Below are positions 1 through 7,218 of a DNA stretch of 39,847 nucleotides, piece after piece; the stretch's first letter is position 1, and each line of letters begins with the position of its first letter. The position numbers were made by a program, and so were the translations under genes. This DNA comes from a virus, in the IMG/VR virus record IMGVR_UViG_3300031228_000003, positions 1-39,847 of that record; one strand, given 5' to 3'. The notes under the pieces were generated by a model. The model had not been told where the DNA came from. It worked only from the letters and a program-made list of their open reading frames with translations, and did no database searches.

Positions 1-28
1 TGCCTTACTGAACACCGATCCATACCAC

Positions 29-58
29 CGGAGGGAGAGGGTTCGGGATCGGAGGGAG
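29..58 (+). repeat. direct repeat CGGAGGGAG x2, 21-bp period, upstream of the first early gene
   Basis: CGGAGGGAG occurs at 29..37 and 50..58, just upstream of PAL copy 73..92. Confidence 0.6.
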
Positions 59-72
59 TTCCGCCGGGAACA

Positions 73-92
73 GGGGGTATAACGTTATGGGG
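73..92. repeat. PAL copy GGGGGT-ATAACGTTAT-GGGG
   Basis: Exact core at 79..88. The arms are not complementary. It lies upstream of gene 101. Confidence 0.9.
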
Positions 93-100
93 TGAATAGG

Positions 101-430
101 ATGAGTGCAAAGGAACTTGCAGAAGAATTGGGGACGGCATGGGAACGGGTGGGGAAGGATGCACAAGATGCAGCCGAACGGAGACGGAAACAATTCCGTG
201 ACGGAGTTATCGGGATTGATGAATTCTTATACTTCGCTAAGCGGGGACACAGGGAGGGTGGATACACGGGGGGAACATCGTTCAAGGCGACTAACCATAG
301 ATCAATCATTCTCGAATCCTTGCGCAACAATCCGGACGTTACGGTATCAACGCTACATGACGGGAACGGGAAGGTTGTACGGGTGTCGGTTCGATGGAAT
401 CCAAGGGTCCGGTTATATCTAAGCCCATAA
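101..430 (+). CDS. hypothetical protein (first gene of the rightward early block)
   Basis: This is track ORF 92..430. ATG 101 is preferred because GTG 92 lies inside PAL copy 73..92. The TAA stop at 428..430 lies inside PAL copy 423..440. Confidence 0.6.
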   Translation: MSAKELAEELGTAWERVGKDAQDAAERRRKQFRDGVIGIDEFLYFAKRGHREGGYTGGTSFKATNHRSIILESLRNNPDVTVSTLHDGNGKVVRVSVRWNPRVRLYLSP

Positions 431-440
431 CGTTATGGGC
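423..440. repeat. PAL copy GCCC-ATAACGTTAT-GGGC
   Basis: Exact 18-bp palindrome. It contains the TAA stop of gene 101..430. Confidence 0.9.
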
Positions 441-463
441 TAATCAAATCACACGGGGGAGAT

Positions 464-889
464 ATGTTGGAGGAACTGAGGGACGGTGAATCGCAATGGC
501 TTGATGCACTGTTGATCGGGGGTCGAATTGACCGGGGGGTAGGTGAGCCAAGATTATACAAGGCGGACGGCAAGGTTGTATCGCACAAGGACTTATCAAT
601 CATTCGGATTGATTACCCCGTGATTGCAATAGCCATCCGGATAAGGGCGCACTCCAGAGAGCCGGGTATAGCCGGTCGTTTCAAAACACGCGGGAGAGCT
701 ACACAGACAAAGATTCCCACGAGTAGGACGTACATCATTGGGGCATTGATAAATCGGGGGGAGTATCCCGTGACGATAACCGAGATAATTGATGCACGCG
801 GCATAACGGGGCCGATCGCGGCTTTGACATTGTCGCGGGGAATTGGTGAGACATTGGGTCTAATCGAAGAGTACAGGGATAGATCATGA
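464..889 (+). CDS. hypothetical protein
   Basis: 141-aa ORF. A GGGGGAG Shine-Dalgarno lies 3 nt upstream and a CAAATCACA leader motif lies at 445..453. There is an ATGA overlap with the next ORF. Confidence 0.6.
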   Translation: MLEELRDGESQWLDALLIGGRIDRGVGEPRLYKADGKVVSHKDLSIIRIDYPVIAIAIRIRAHSREPGIAGRFKTRGRATQTKIPTSRTYIIGALINRGEYPVTITEIIDARGITGPIAALTLSRGIGETLGLIEEYRDRS

Positions 890-1104
890 CATACAAAGAG
901 CAACGCGATATGCTATTGAACCTGTTGGGTACGATCACGGAAAACAACGGGGGCGAATTCATCGTATCGATGGGGGAGTATAACAGGTACAAGGAACGCG
1001 CGAAAGCGGATAAACTAACTTTCAAGGTATCGACCCTACTTGATCGGAACATTATCCTTATGGAGTTGGACGATCGATCGTCCTCGGGGGGCGGGGATGA
1101 ATGA
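886..1104 (+). CDS. hypothetical protein
   Basis: 72-aa ORF coupled by ATGA to the upstream gene. It contains the 16-bp palindrome GGACGATCGATCGTCC at 1068..1083. Confidence 0.55.
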   Translation: MTYKEQRDMLLNLLGTITENNGGEFIVSMGEYNRYKERAKADKLTFKVSTLLDRNIILMELDDRSSSGGGDE

Positions 1105-1396
1105 CGAAGGGTTGTTCCCGAAGAATCAAAACGAACTACACATTCGAATTCCATTGAGGGGCGGAAAGCTTTATGTAGTCCGGGAGGATGGCGTGCGGAA
1201 GCTCTGCAAGCAATATGCAATGCAACCCCATAACGCTATAGGTGAACTGCGAAAGCTTGCGGCATGGAACGAAGCGAATCCGAAGAAACGAAAGACCGAG
1301 CGGGGGATACGTCGGCATATACACAGTTGGTTCAGCAAGGTGCAGATAAATAACGCTCCGGTTGATTACCGGACGTCGGGAGGATTTTTTAAATGA
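1097..1396 (+). CDS. hypothetical protein
   Basis: In-frame ATG 1097 of track ORF 1040..1396 overlaps the previous stop (ATGAATGA). The ORF carries a degenerate PAL-like sequence at 1226..1242. Confidence 0.5.
   Translation: MNDEGLFPKNQNELHIRIPLRGGKLYVVREDGVRKLCKQYAMQPHNAIGELRKLAAWNEANPKKRKTERGIRRHIHSWFSKVQINNAPVDYRTSGGFFK
1226..1242. repeat. degenerate PAL-like sequence CCCC-ATAACGCTAT-AGG inside an ORF
   Basis: One core mismatch. It is the only copy well inside a CDS. Confidence 0.4.
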
Positions 1397-2250
1397 GCGA
1401 TAAGACAAATGATCTTGCGGAGATATTCGAGGGTGGTGATAGTATCCGATCGGAGGTCCCTCGATTCTGTGAGCAGTGCAAGCAGCCGTATACGGCAATT
1501 GTCTATCGGGTGCGCTCGACTGAATCGTATGAAACCCTTTGCTCGGATTGCATAGCGAAGAACAGGAAGTGTGAGGGGTGCGGCAACGAATTGGAAATTC
1601 GATACCTGTTCGGTGAAGAGCGGAAGATATGTCCGTCAATACTCTGTGAGGCCGGACATTACCAGAGAGCGGAAGCGCAAAAGGCGCTAACGGATTACAG
1701 GAAGTCAATAGTAACCGACGTATTGCCGGGACTCCGGTACTATGGGGATATAACACCCTCCAGGCTACCGAACCAGACTGCATTCAGGACGGCCGGAAAG
1801 GGGGCTCTAAGCCATTTGATTGCCGGGAGGGGGGTAATCCTCTACGGACCGACTGGAACGGCTAAGACGAGGGTTATGTATTTCGTACTTAAGCGGTTGT
1901 TTGTGGATACGGGACGGAGCGTAAAGGTGTTCGAGGGGTCGGAGTTCGGTAACGCGTCAGCTATAGCGTATGGACCGGACGGCGAAGGGGATCGGTTCGT
2001 TGATCGGCTGACGGGATACGACGTGCTGGCCTTTGATGATTTCGGCAAAGGGGTGCTTACGGAACGCTCGATAGCTACACTGTTTGCAGTGGTAGAAAAA
2101 AGGATGCAGGGATGTAGGCCGATATTCATCACCACGAACGATTCATTCAGCACACTTCGCGCAAAGGTGCGGGGAGAGTCGAGCGATACGACACTGACCC
2201 CGTTGTTCAGACGATTAGAAGAGTTCTGCGAATATATCGAAATGGGGTGA
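1393..2250 (+). CDS. DnaC/IstB-like AAA+ ATPase (putative helicase loader) with N-terminal Cys-rich zinc ribbon
   Basis: P-loop-like ILYGPTGTAKT and Walker B VLAFDDFG are present, and FITTN resembles sensor-1. The N-terminus has CEQC..CSDC..CEGC cysteine pairs. Confidence 0.7.
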   Translation: MSDKTNDLAEIFEGGDSIRSEVPRFCEQCKQPYTAIVYRVRSTESYETLCSDCIAKNRKCEGCGNELEIRYLFGEERKICPSILCEAGHYQRAEAQKALTDYRKSIVTDVLPGLRYYGDITPSRLPNQTAFRTAGKGALSHLIAGRGVILYGPTGTAKTRVMYFVLKRLFVDTGRSVKVFEGSEFGNASAIAYGPDGEGDRFVDRLTGYDVLAFDDFGKGVLTERSIATLFAVVEKRMQGCRPIFITTNDSFSTLRAKVRGESSDTTLTPLFRRLEEFCEYIEMG

Positions 2251-2254
2251 CGCA

Positions 2255-2677
2255 ATGGCCGGACACACCGAACGGATCATCAGGGATGAAGCTTTGAAAG
2301 AGCTGTTGAAAGAAAGGTACAGTGAATTATCCGAGAAGGTGAAGCGAATGGACAACAAAAGAATCACACAGAAAGACGTTGACGAAGCGCAACGTTTATG
2401 GGATCAACGAAAGGCAAAGGAGGATGAGGAACGCAACCGGGAAATAACGAATGAGTTTATCGACGAACTCGTTTCCCGGAGTGTTGAATACAGGGAACGT
2501 CGGGAAGAGTTGAAACGGCAGGAAGAGCGAATGGCAAAAGAATTGAATTCGCTTCGAGTGCTTGCAAGGGAAACGGGTGAACACATTGATCGAATGAACA
2601 AGTTTCAGCAGCAACGTTTCCGCACTCGACTAAACAAGGCCTTGCAGGGAAAGGGATTCGTCCCGGTCAATTGGTAG
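2255..2677 (+). CDS. hypothetical charged coiled-coil protein
   Basis: 140-aa ORF rich in E, K and R. The G of its TAG stop is the first base of PAL copy 2677..2694. Confidence 0.6.
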   Translation: MAGHTERIIRDEALKELLKERYSELSEKVKRMDNKRITQKDVDEAQRLWDQRKAKEDEERNREITNEFIDELVSRSVEYRERREELKRQEERMAKELNSLRVLARETGEHIDRMNKFQQQRFRTRLNKALQGKGFVPVNW

Positions 2678-2694
2678 CCCATAACGTTATGGGC
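2677..2694. repeat. PAL copy GCCC-ATAACGTTAT-GGGC
   Basis: Exact. Its first G is the last base of the TAG stop of gene 2255..2677. Confidence 0.9.
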
Positions 2695-2727
2695 TGACAG
2701 AGTAAACACAAGTCAAAGGGGTAAGTG

Positions 2728-2952
2728 ATGGGAAACGGAGTAAGCGAAGAGCGGATGCAATGGGTTATTGCCGCAATGAAACGGATAGCCGAAATCGAGT
2801 TGTTTGGAAAGGCAGAGATTGCCAAGATCAACGAAACCGAAATAACCCCGTTCGTTGAATTGATGACAGCCGAACAGGCGATAAGGATAATGGAAATCCT
2901 TATCGAAAACAGGCGGACAATTGAAGTCGAGCAAAGGAAGCGAGTGAAATAA
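2728..2952 (+). CDS. hypothetical protein
   Basis: ATG 2728 is preceded by AAAGGGG (GTG 2725 is an alternative start). The upstream 27 nt are duplicated at 4384..4410. Confidence 0.55.
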   Translation: MGNGVSEERMQWVIAAMKRIAEIELFGKAEIAKINETEITPFVELMTAEQAIRIMEILIENRRTIEVEQRKRVK

Positions 2953-3096
2953 AACTTCCGTCTCTGCAAACACCGGAGCCGATTATTGGGTGATAGGTAT
3001 CCGGGGGTTTGTGGGGTGGTCCGCTATGGGGTAGTCAAGGGTTTGAATGGAACCGACTTATTCGGGTTCGATTCCCGACGGACCGCAAAGGGTAGA

Positions 3097-3114
3097 GGGT
3101 ATAACGTTATGGGG
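3097..3114. repeat. PAL copy GGGT-ATAACGTTAT-GGGG
   Basis: Exact core. The arms are not complementary. It ends 5 nt upstream of the methyltransferase ATG. Confidence 0.9.
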
Positions 3115-3118
3115 TGCA

Positions 3119-3850
3119 ATGAATCATATAGATTTATTTAGCGGAATCGGCGGTTTCTCGTTAGCTGCAAAATGGGTATGGGGCGATGAGCACAAGGTTT
3201 GTGCCTTTGTAGAGCGGGACGAATTTTGCAGAAAGGTACTACGCAAACACTGGCCGAATGCTCCGATATTTCCGGACGTCACGTATTTCAACGGGAGGGG
3301 ATACAATGGACAAATCGACTTACTCACGGGGGGGTTCCCCTGTCAACCGTATTCATTCACCGGGAACCGTAGGGGCGCGAAAGACGACCGTGCGCTCTGG
3401 CCGGAGATGTTCAGAATCATTGACGAAGTCCGGCCCCGTTGGGTACTTGCAGAAAATGTGTTTGGGTTCGTTGAAATGGGGCTCGAAGAAACGATACTTA
3501 ACCTGGAGAGTATTGGTTACGAAACGGGGTCGTTCGTTATTCCGGCTGTTTCCGTCGAAGCCGATCACGAAAGAAATAGAATATGGATTGTTGCCTACTC
3601 TGACGCTGAACGACGGACAGAACACAACCCTTCCCCCGTCTATGGTGAATCGCAATGGGTCATTAGTGGGGCATCTTGTACGATTGGGGAAAGGGGGTTG
3701 CTTAAATCCGGAGTGGACGGAGCAGTTTATGGGTTACCCGGTCGGATGGACCGATATAGAATAAAGGCATTGGGTAACGCTATCGTTCCACAGGTAGCCG
3801 CAAACCTATTTGAGTTCATGAAAAAGGTAGATGAAAAGTTCAGGGCATAA
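3119..3850 (+). CDS. DNA (cytosine-5)-methyltransferase, minimal 243-aa form
   Basis: Motif I DLFSGIGG, motif IV GGFPCQPYS, motif VI LAENV, motif VIII-like HERNRIWIVA and motif X GNAIVPQV are all present. ATG 3119 gives the canonical MNHIDLFSGIGG N-terminus. The TAA stop lies inside degenerate PAL 3843..3860. Confidence 0.85.
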   Translation: MNHIDLFSGIGGFSLAAKWVWGDEHKVCAFVERDEFCRKVLRKHWPNAPIFPDVTYFNGRGYNGQIDLLTGGFPCQPYSFTGNRRGAKDDRALWPEMFRIIDEVRPRWVLAENVFGFVEMGLEETILNLESIGYETGSFVIPAVSVEADHERNRIWIVAYSDAERRTEHNPSPVYGESQWVISGASCTIGERGLLKSGVDGAVYGLPGRMDRYRIKALGNAIVPQVAANLFEFMKKVDEKFRA

Positions 3851-3860
3851 CGTTGTAGGC
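3843..3860. repeat. degenerate PAL copy GGGC-ATAACGTTGT-AGGC
   Basis: One core mismatch. It contains the TAA stop of the methyltransferase gene. Confidence 0.7.
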
Positions 3861-3873
3861 TAATCAAATCACA

Positions 3874-4023
3874 ATGTGCGAATATCTGGACATATCGGAT
3901 ATGTTGGGGAAGACCCTAACGAAGGTAGTTATCAAACGTCCCCCGTTGTTCGATGAAGATCGAATTACGTTCTATTGTGACGACGGAACAAGATACGTGA
4001 TGATCCATGAACAGCAAGAGTAA
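3874..4023 (+). CDS. small hypothetical protein (49 aa)
   Basis: Hand-translated ORF below the track cutoff (MCEYLDISDMLGKT...HEQQE). Its ATG directly follows the TAATCAAATCACA leader that also precedes gene 464. No Shine-Dalgarno is visible. Confidence 0.3.
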   Translation: MCEYLDISDMLGKTLTKVVIKRPPLFDEDRITFYCDDGTRYVMIHEQQE

Positions 4024-4101
4024 CGCGTTGCTGAAACGAGTGAATACCGAAGTTGTTTGTATGACGTGCGCGAAGGTTCAGCCGGGACCGGGAGAGTCGA
4101 T

Positions 4102-4407
4102 ATGAGCGAATGGACACAAACCCGAATCACGAGAGACGAGAAAGCTGAACCCGTAGAGTTCATAACCATAACGGACGGGGGCGTTTACTATATCGGGGAT
4201 GGGTGGTGTGAGGTCGTGCCGGGATCGTGGGGGTATTCAGAAACCCAATACAGATTCAGGATGAACGACGGGACCATTGCGGAGGTTAGGGCCGGAACGA
4301 TATACGGGAGTGCTCGGGAGCTTGCCGGGGAATGGTTGAAGCATTATCGGGAAAACCGGAAACCGTACAACGAAAGAAGGGATAACACAAGTCAAAGGGG
4401 GAAGTGA
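4102..4407 (+). CDS. hypothetical protein
   Basis: This is track ORF 4057..4407. ATG 4102 is preferred because of the GGGAGAG Shine-Dalgarno at about 4090. ATG 4057 is an alternative. Confidence 0.5.
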   Translation: MSEWTQTRITRDEKAEPVEFITITDGGVYYIGDGWCEVVPGSWGYSETQYRFRMNDGTIAEVRAGTIYGSARELAGEWLKHYRENRKPYNERRDNTSQRGK

Positions 4408-4510
4408 TGGAGAGATGGGGGCATTGGGTTAGCTGGGAAGCCGGGGAGATGATGGTAAGGCCGACCCCTTAACCCGCTGAATAATTCAACCTTTCATTTG
4501 AGTTATTACT

Positions 4511-4849
4511 ATGTTAGAATCCGCCGTCCCCTGTCCGGTCTGCAAATCAACCGGCACGAAACGTATCGGGATTCAGGTTCAGCGCATTGGCCGGAACGAA
4601 ATACACTTCTGTCGGGAGTGTTCCGACCGATACACGACAAAGAAGCGTGCCGCTGGCATATACATTGTCGATCGGGAATTTCGAATTCCGATCCTCCCGA
4701 AATGGTATATCGAAATAATCCGGACCGAGCAGACCAAGACAACCGAGAAGGACCGACGCAAAGCAGAGCGAAAGGAAAAGAAGCTAACCGAGTTCCTGCA
4801 AAAGAAGGGACTTGTTGAACCGAGCGAAACCGAAGCATTCACAGATTAG
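4511..4849 (+). CDS. zinc-ribbon protein with basic C-terminus (possible DNA/RNA-binding regulator)
   Basis: CPVC...CREC cysteine pairs lie in the first 40 aa, followed by a K/R/E-rich tail. The TAG stop abuts PAL 4849..4866. The competing frames 4498..4818 and 4509..4838 look non-coding. Confidence 0.6.
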   Translation: MLESAVPCPVCKSTGTKRIGIQVQRIGRNEIHFCRECSDRYTTKKRAAGIYIVDREFRIPILPKWYIEIIRTEQTKTTEKDRRKAERKEKKLTEFLQKKGLVEPSETEAFTD

Positions 4850-4866
4850 CCCATAACGTTATGGGC
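4849..4866. repeat. PAL copy GCCC-ATAACGTTAT-GGGC
   Basis: Exact. It shares its G with the TAG stop of gene 4511..4849. Confidence 0.9.
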
Positions 4867-4892
4867 TACCAAACCAAACAAGGGGAATCGAG

Positions 4893-5201
4893 ATGAGCAA
4901 AACGGCCGTGTTCGTTCCAGGCGAAGCGACGAAAGCATTCAAAGCAATTCGAGATGAACGGGAAAGGCAAAACGAAAAGTGGGGAGTTCAGACCCATTCA
5001 CTTTGCGGGTGGATTGCGGTTCTAACAGAGGAAGTGGGGGAAGCTGCAAGGGAAGCGTTGGATATTGAAATAAACCCTAAGCCGGGAAAACTCGGAGACT
5101 ATAGCGACGCGTTCGAACGATTCAGAAAAGAGATGGTTCAGGTTGCAGCCGTTGCGGTTCAGATACTCGAATACTTGGACCGGGACGAATTACCATTTTA
5201 A
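4893..5201 (+). CDS. MazG-like nucleotide pyrophosphohydrolase (putative)
   Basis: The pattern ERERQNEKWG..H....W..VLTEEVGEAARE ... EMVQVAAVAV matches phage MazG-like/dNTP-PPase domains as I recall them. Confidence 0.5.
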   Translation: MSKTAVFVPGEATKAFKAIRDERERQNEKWGVQTHSLCGWIAVLTEEVGEAAREALDIEINPKPGKLGDYSDAFERFRKEMVQVAAVAVQILEYLDRDELPF

Positions 5202-5218
5202 CCCATAACGTTACGGGG
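5202..5218. repeat. degenerate PAL copy CCC-ATAACGTTAC-GGGG
   Basis: One core mismatch. It starts immediately after the TAA stop of gene 4893..5201. Confidence 0.7.
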
Positions 5219-5237
5219 TCAACACATAGGGGAAGCA

Positions 5238-5492
5238 ATGGAGATACAAAATATCAGAATGCGGGAGAACCGAATATTGACCGGAGAGATTGACGGGGTG
5301 GAGTATATCGTAGCCGACATAATCGTAGCCGATGTTCGCACCTTGCAATCGGAGCGTGCCCAAGATGTGAGATTGACGATAGTTAAACGGCCCCCTATTC
5401 ACGAAGCATGGCAACGGGCACAGTCGGGACAGTGGGCGTTTCGTTGGACCTGCTACGACCTTAGACGATTAGAGAGATTCGATTCGGAGTAA
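5238..5492 (+). CDS. hypothetical protein
   Basis: 84-aa ORF with the initiation region AGGGGAAGCAATG, which recurs at 6981..6996. Confidence 0.55.
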   Translation: MEIQNIRMRENRILTGEIDGVEYIVADIIVADVRTLQSERAQDVRLTIVKRPPIHEAWQRAQSGQWAFRWTCYDLRRLERFDSE

Positions 5493-5500
5493 GTGACGCT

Positions 5501-5986
5501 ATGGCATACCGACCAAAGAACGCCGTTGATATTTTGCAGATGAGGTCAGAGCCAAAGCAGGAATGGATTAACCCGTTTGTCGCATTCATCTACGGTATAC
5601 ACGCAATCATACGTTTCATCTTAGACTTGCTCAATCGGGATGAGGCGACACGGGATGAAATGACATTAGCCCAAGCACAAAGGCTTATCGATGAGTATGA
5701 TAAAAAGCAGGTAACGGGGAAATGGGACGATGAAATTCCGAGCGACGTAGATGCATTCGTCGAAGTGTGCAAGATGTTCGGTCGGGCGGGAATTGTGATA
5801 GTACCCGATAACGTGCAAGTGGAAAGGACGGCAACCGACGGGACGTTAGTAACATTCCCGGAAACGGGTAGAATGCAACGCTCGTTAAAGACCTTGGAGG
5901 ATCGGATATTGCGTCAACCCGTCGGACTTGCTTCCGCAATCGCAGAACTACAAAGAACCAAACCGAACGAAGATGATAAAGCGTAA
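5501..5986 (+). CDS. hypothetical protein
   Basis: 161-aa ORF on the plus strand in the same series as its neighbours. Confidence 0.6.
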   Translation: MAYRPKNAVDILQMRSEPKQEWINPFVAFIYGIHAIIRFILDLLNRDEATRDEMTLAQAQRLIDEYDKKQVTGKWDDEIPSDVDAFVEVCKMFGRAGIVIVPDNVQVERTATDGTLVTFPETGRMQRSLKTLEDRILRQPVGLASAIAELQRTKPNEDDKA

Positions 5987-6350
5987 ACAATACTTCTCGA
6001 TTCCGGATTTGAAATGGACCGAAGTTTATACGGGGGTAGCGGAAAAGCACACGGCGGACGCAGGGGGCAGGACGTACGTTATTCACGGGTGGGACAATGG
6101 GGAGCGGACGGGGAAGGTGTACAACGGGAATATCTTCGACGCGTCAGACGATCCGGGAGACGAAGTATATTACCGTGTATGCTCCGACGTCTCCACACTT
6201 GGCGAAGCAAAACGAAGGTGTCAGGAACACTTTCGTTCGGTTATGGAAATCACGTTACAGCCTGAACCGTTGGTAATGAACGCATGGGTTTACGTGGCAA
6301 CTGTAGCCGTAATGACGATTAGCATACTGGTGACCCTCGCGATTATATAA
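5973..6350 (+). CDS. hypothetical protein with C-terminal transmembrane helix
   Basis: In-frame ATG 5973 of track ORF 5928..6350 gives a 14-nt overlap with the upstream gene. The C-terminus WVYVATVAVMTISILVTLAII is hydrophobic. Confidence 0.5.
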   Translation: MIKRKQYFSIPDLKWTEVYTGVAEKHTADAGGRTYVIHGWDNGERTGKVYNGNIFDASDDPGDEVYYRVCSDVSTLGEAKRRCQEHFRSVMEITLQPEPLVMNAWVYVATVAVMTISILVTLAII

Positions 6351-6395
6351 CCGGAACCATTCGGTTCCATCAATTCAATCAATCGGAGAAAGACA

Positions 6396-6689
6396 ATGGC
6401 AGACCGATTCGTAAAGATCACCGAAGACACGGGACACGTGAAAAAGGGGGAAGTGTACAAGACTCTTTCCCGTGACCGTTCCAGTGTGGAGATTATCGTA
6501 CATGGAAAGTACAACAGACCGGAAAGGGTATGGATCACGGACAAGCATTTCGAGTATACGGATGACTCGTCGGACGCAATCGATTTACACGATGAACTGT
6601 ATCCTCCGACGCAACAGCCGACCGCACCCGACGAACCGGAGACGACCGAAGCAAAGCCGACCGCAAAGCGAAAGACTGCAAAGAAGTGA
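6396..6689 (+). CDS. hypothetical protein
   Basis: 97-aa ORF with a GGAGA Shine-Dalgarno, followed by tandem PAL copies. Confidence 0.6.
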   Translation: MADRFVKITEDTGHVKKGEVYKTLSRDRSSVEIIVHGKYNRPERVWITDKHFEYTDDSSDAIDLHDELYPPTQQPTAPDEPETTEAKPTAKRKTAKK

Positions 6690-6695
6690 CCACCA

Positions 6696-6713
6696 CCCCA
6701 TAACGTTATGGGC
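6696..6713. repeat. PAL copy CCCC-ATAACGTTAT-GGGC (first of a tandem pair)
   Basis: It is part of the 24-nt direct repeat ACCCCATAACGTTATGGGCTAACC at 6695..6718 and 6721..6744. Confidence 0.9.
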
Positions 6714-6721
6714 TAACCCCA

Positions 6722-6739
6722 CCCCATAACGTTATGGGC
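6722..6739. repeat. PAL copy CCCC-ATAACGTTAT-GGGC (second of a tandem pair)
   Basis: See 6696..6713. Confidence 0.9.
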
Positions 6740-6755
6740 TAACCGAGGGAAGCAT

Positions 6756-7061
6756 ATGGTAAAACGATTCATGAACATCGTGGTTCCCGGTTCCGGCCCG
6801 CACGGGAGCGTAATTACGGGAACGCTCGGAGGGGGTGATACCCGGTATATTATCGGGTATATCGGACCGGACGGGGTGGAGATGGAACCGGGAGTAGGTC
6901 AACAGGTCAGACCACATCCGGACCTTGAGGGCGTTATCTGTGTCGACTTCGTATGCGTAGATAAAATGTCACTTGACGAATACAGGGGAAGCAATGAAAG
7001 AGTATTACAGAAATGTCAAGGTTCGGCGCGCAAGTGTCGGGATCTGCGATATTACGGGTGA
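6756..7061 (+). CDS. hypothetical protein
   Basis: 101-aa ORF with a GAGGGA Shine-Dalgarno. Its last 68 nt overlap the next gene and look poorly coding, so the 3' part is uncertain. Confidence 0.4.
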   Translation: MVKRFMNIVVPGSGPHGSVITGTLGGGDTRYIIGYIGPDGVEMEPGVGQQVRPHPDLEGVICVDFVCVDKMSLDEYRGSNERVLQKCQGSARKCRDLRYYG

Positions 7062-7218
7062 GGACCCATCGACTGGGTCAAGGTATTATCTGGGAATGAT
7101 TCTTGACGATGAAGGGAACGGCATAGAATTGATTTACGGTCAAAAGGCCGAGATAGTGGAGTCGACCAACGGGGGCGAAGTGATTAGGTTCTATAAAGAA
7201 ACCGAGGATGACGAATGA
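6994..7218 (+). CDS. hypothetical protein
   Basis: In-frame ATG 6994 of track ORF 6973..7218 is preceded by AGGGGAAGCA. Confidence 0.5.
   Translation: MKEYYRNVKVRRASVGICDITGEDPSTGSRYYLGMILDDEGNGIELIYGQKAEIVESTNGGEVIRFYKETEDDE

Larger units (their letters stand above)
1..127. repeat. terminal overlap identical to 39721..39847 (circular contig closure)
   Basis: All 127 nt at the window start are repeated base for base at the window end. The repeat cuts through the first gene (ATG 101), so it is not a biological boundary. Confidence 0.95.

Noticed and set aside
1136-1783. Long antisense ORFs in coding regions (1136..1783, 7184..7792, 14856..15479, 29407..29997 and 34603..35325 on the minus strand; 8759..9280, 9341..9748, 11092..11553 and 12573..12983 on the plus strand)
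   Set aside because: Each lies opposite a gene with recognisable motifs or better coding features. They lack Shine-Dalgarno sequences and have Arg/Ser/Pro/Cys-rich translations typical of shadow frames in G+C-balanced DNA.
3258-3764. 168-aa plus-strand ORF in an alternative frame inside the methyltransferase gene
   Set aside because: The other frame carries the complete ordered set of C5-methyltransferase motifs. The alternative frame has none.
4498-4838. Alternative ORFs 4498..4818 (+) and 4509..4838 (-) overlapping the zinc-ribbon gene
   Set aside because: Their translations are Arg/Ser/Cys-rich with no motifs. The 4511..4849 frame has paired CxxC motifs and ends in the recurrent TAG-PAL junction.
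5928-6265. The long start at 5928 for gene 5973..6350, and alternative-frame ORF 6014..6265
   Set aside because: The 5928 start would overlap the upstream gene by 59 nt. The 6014..6265 frame is Arg/Gly-rich with no features.
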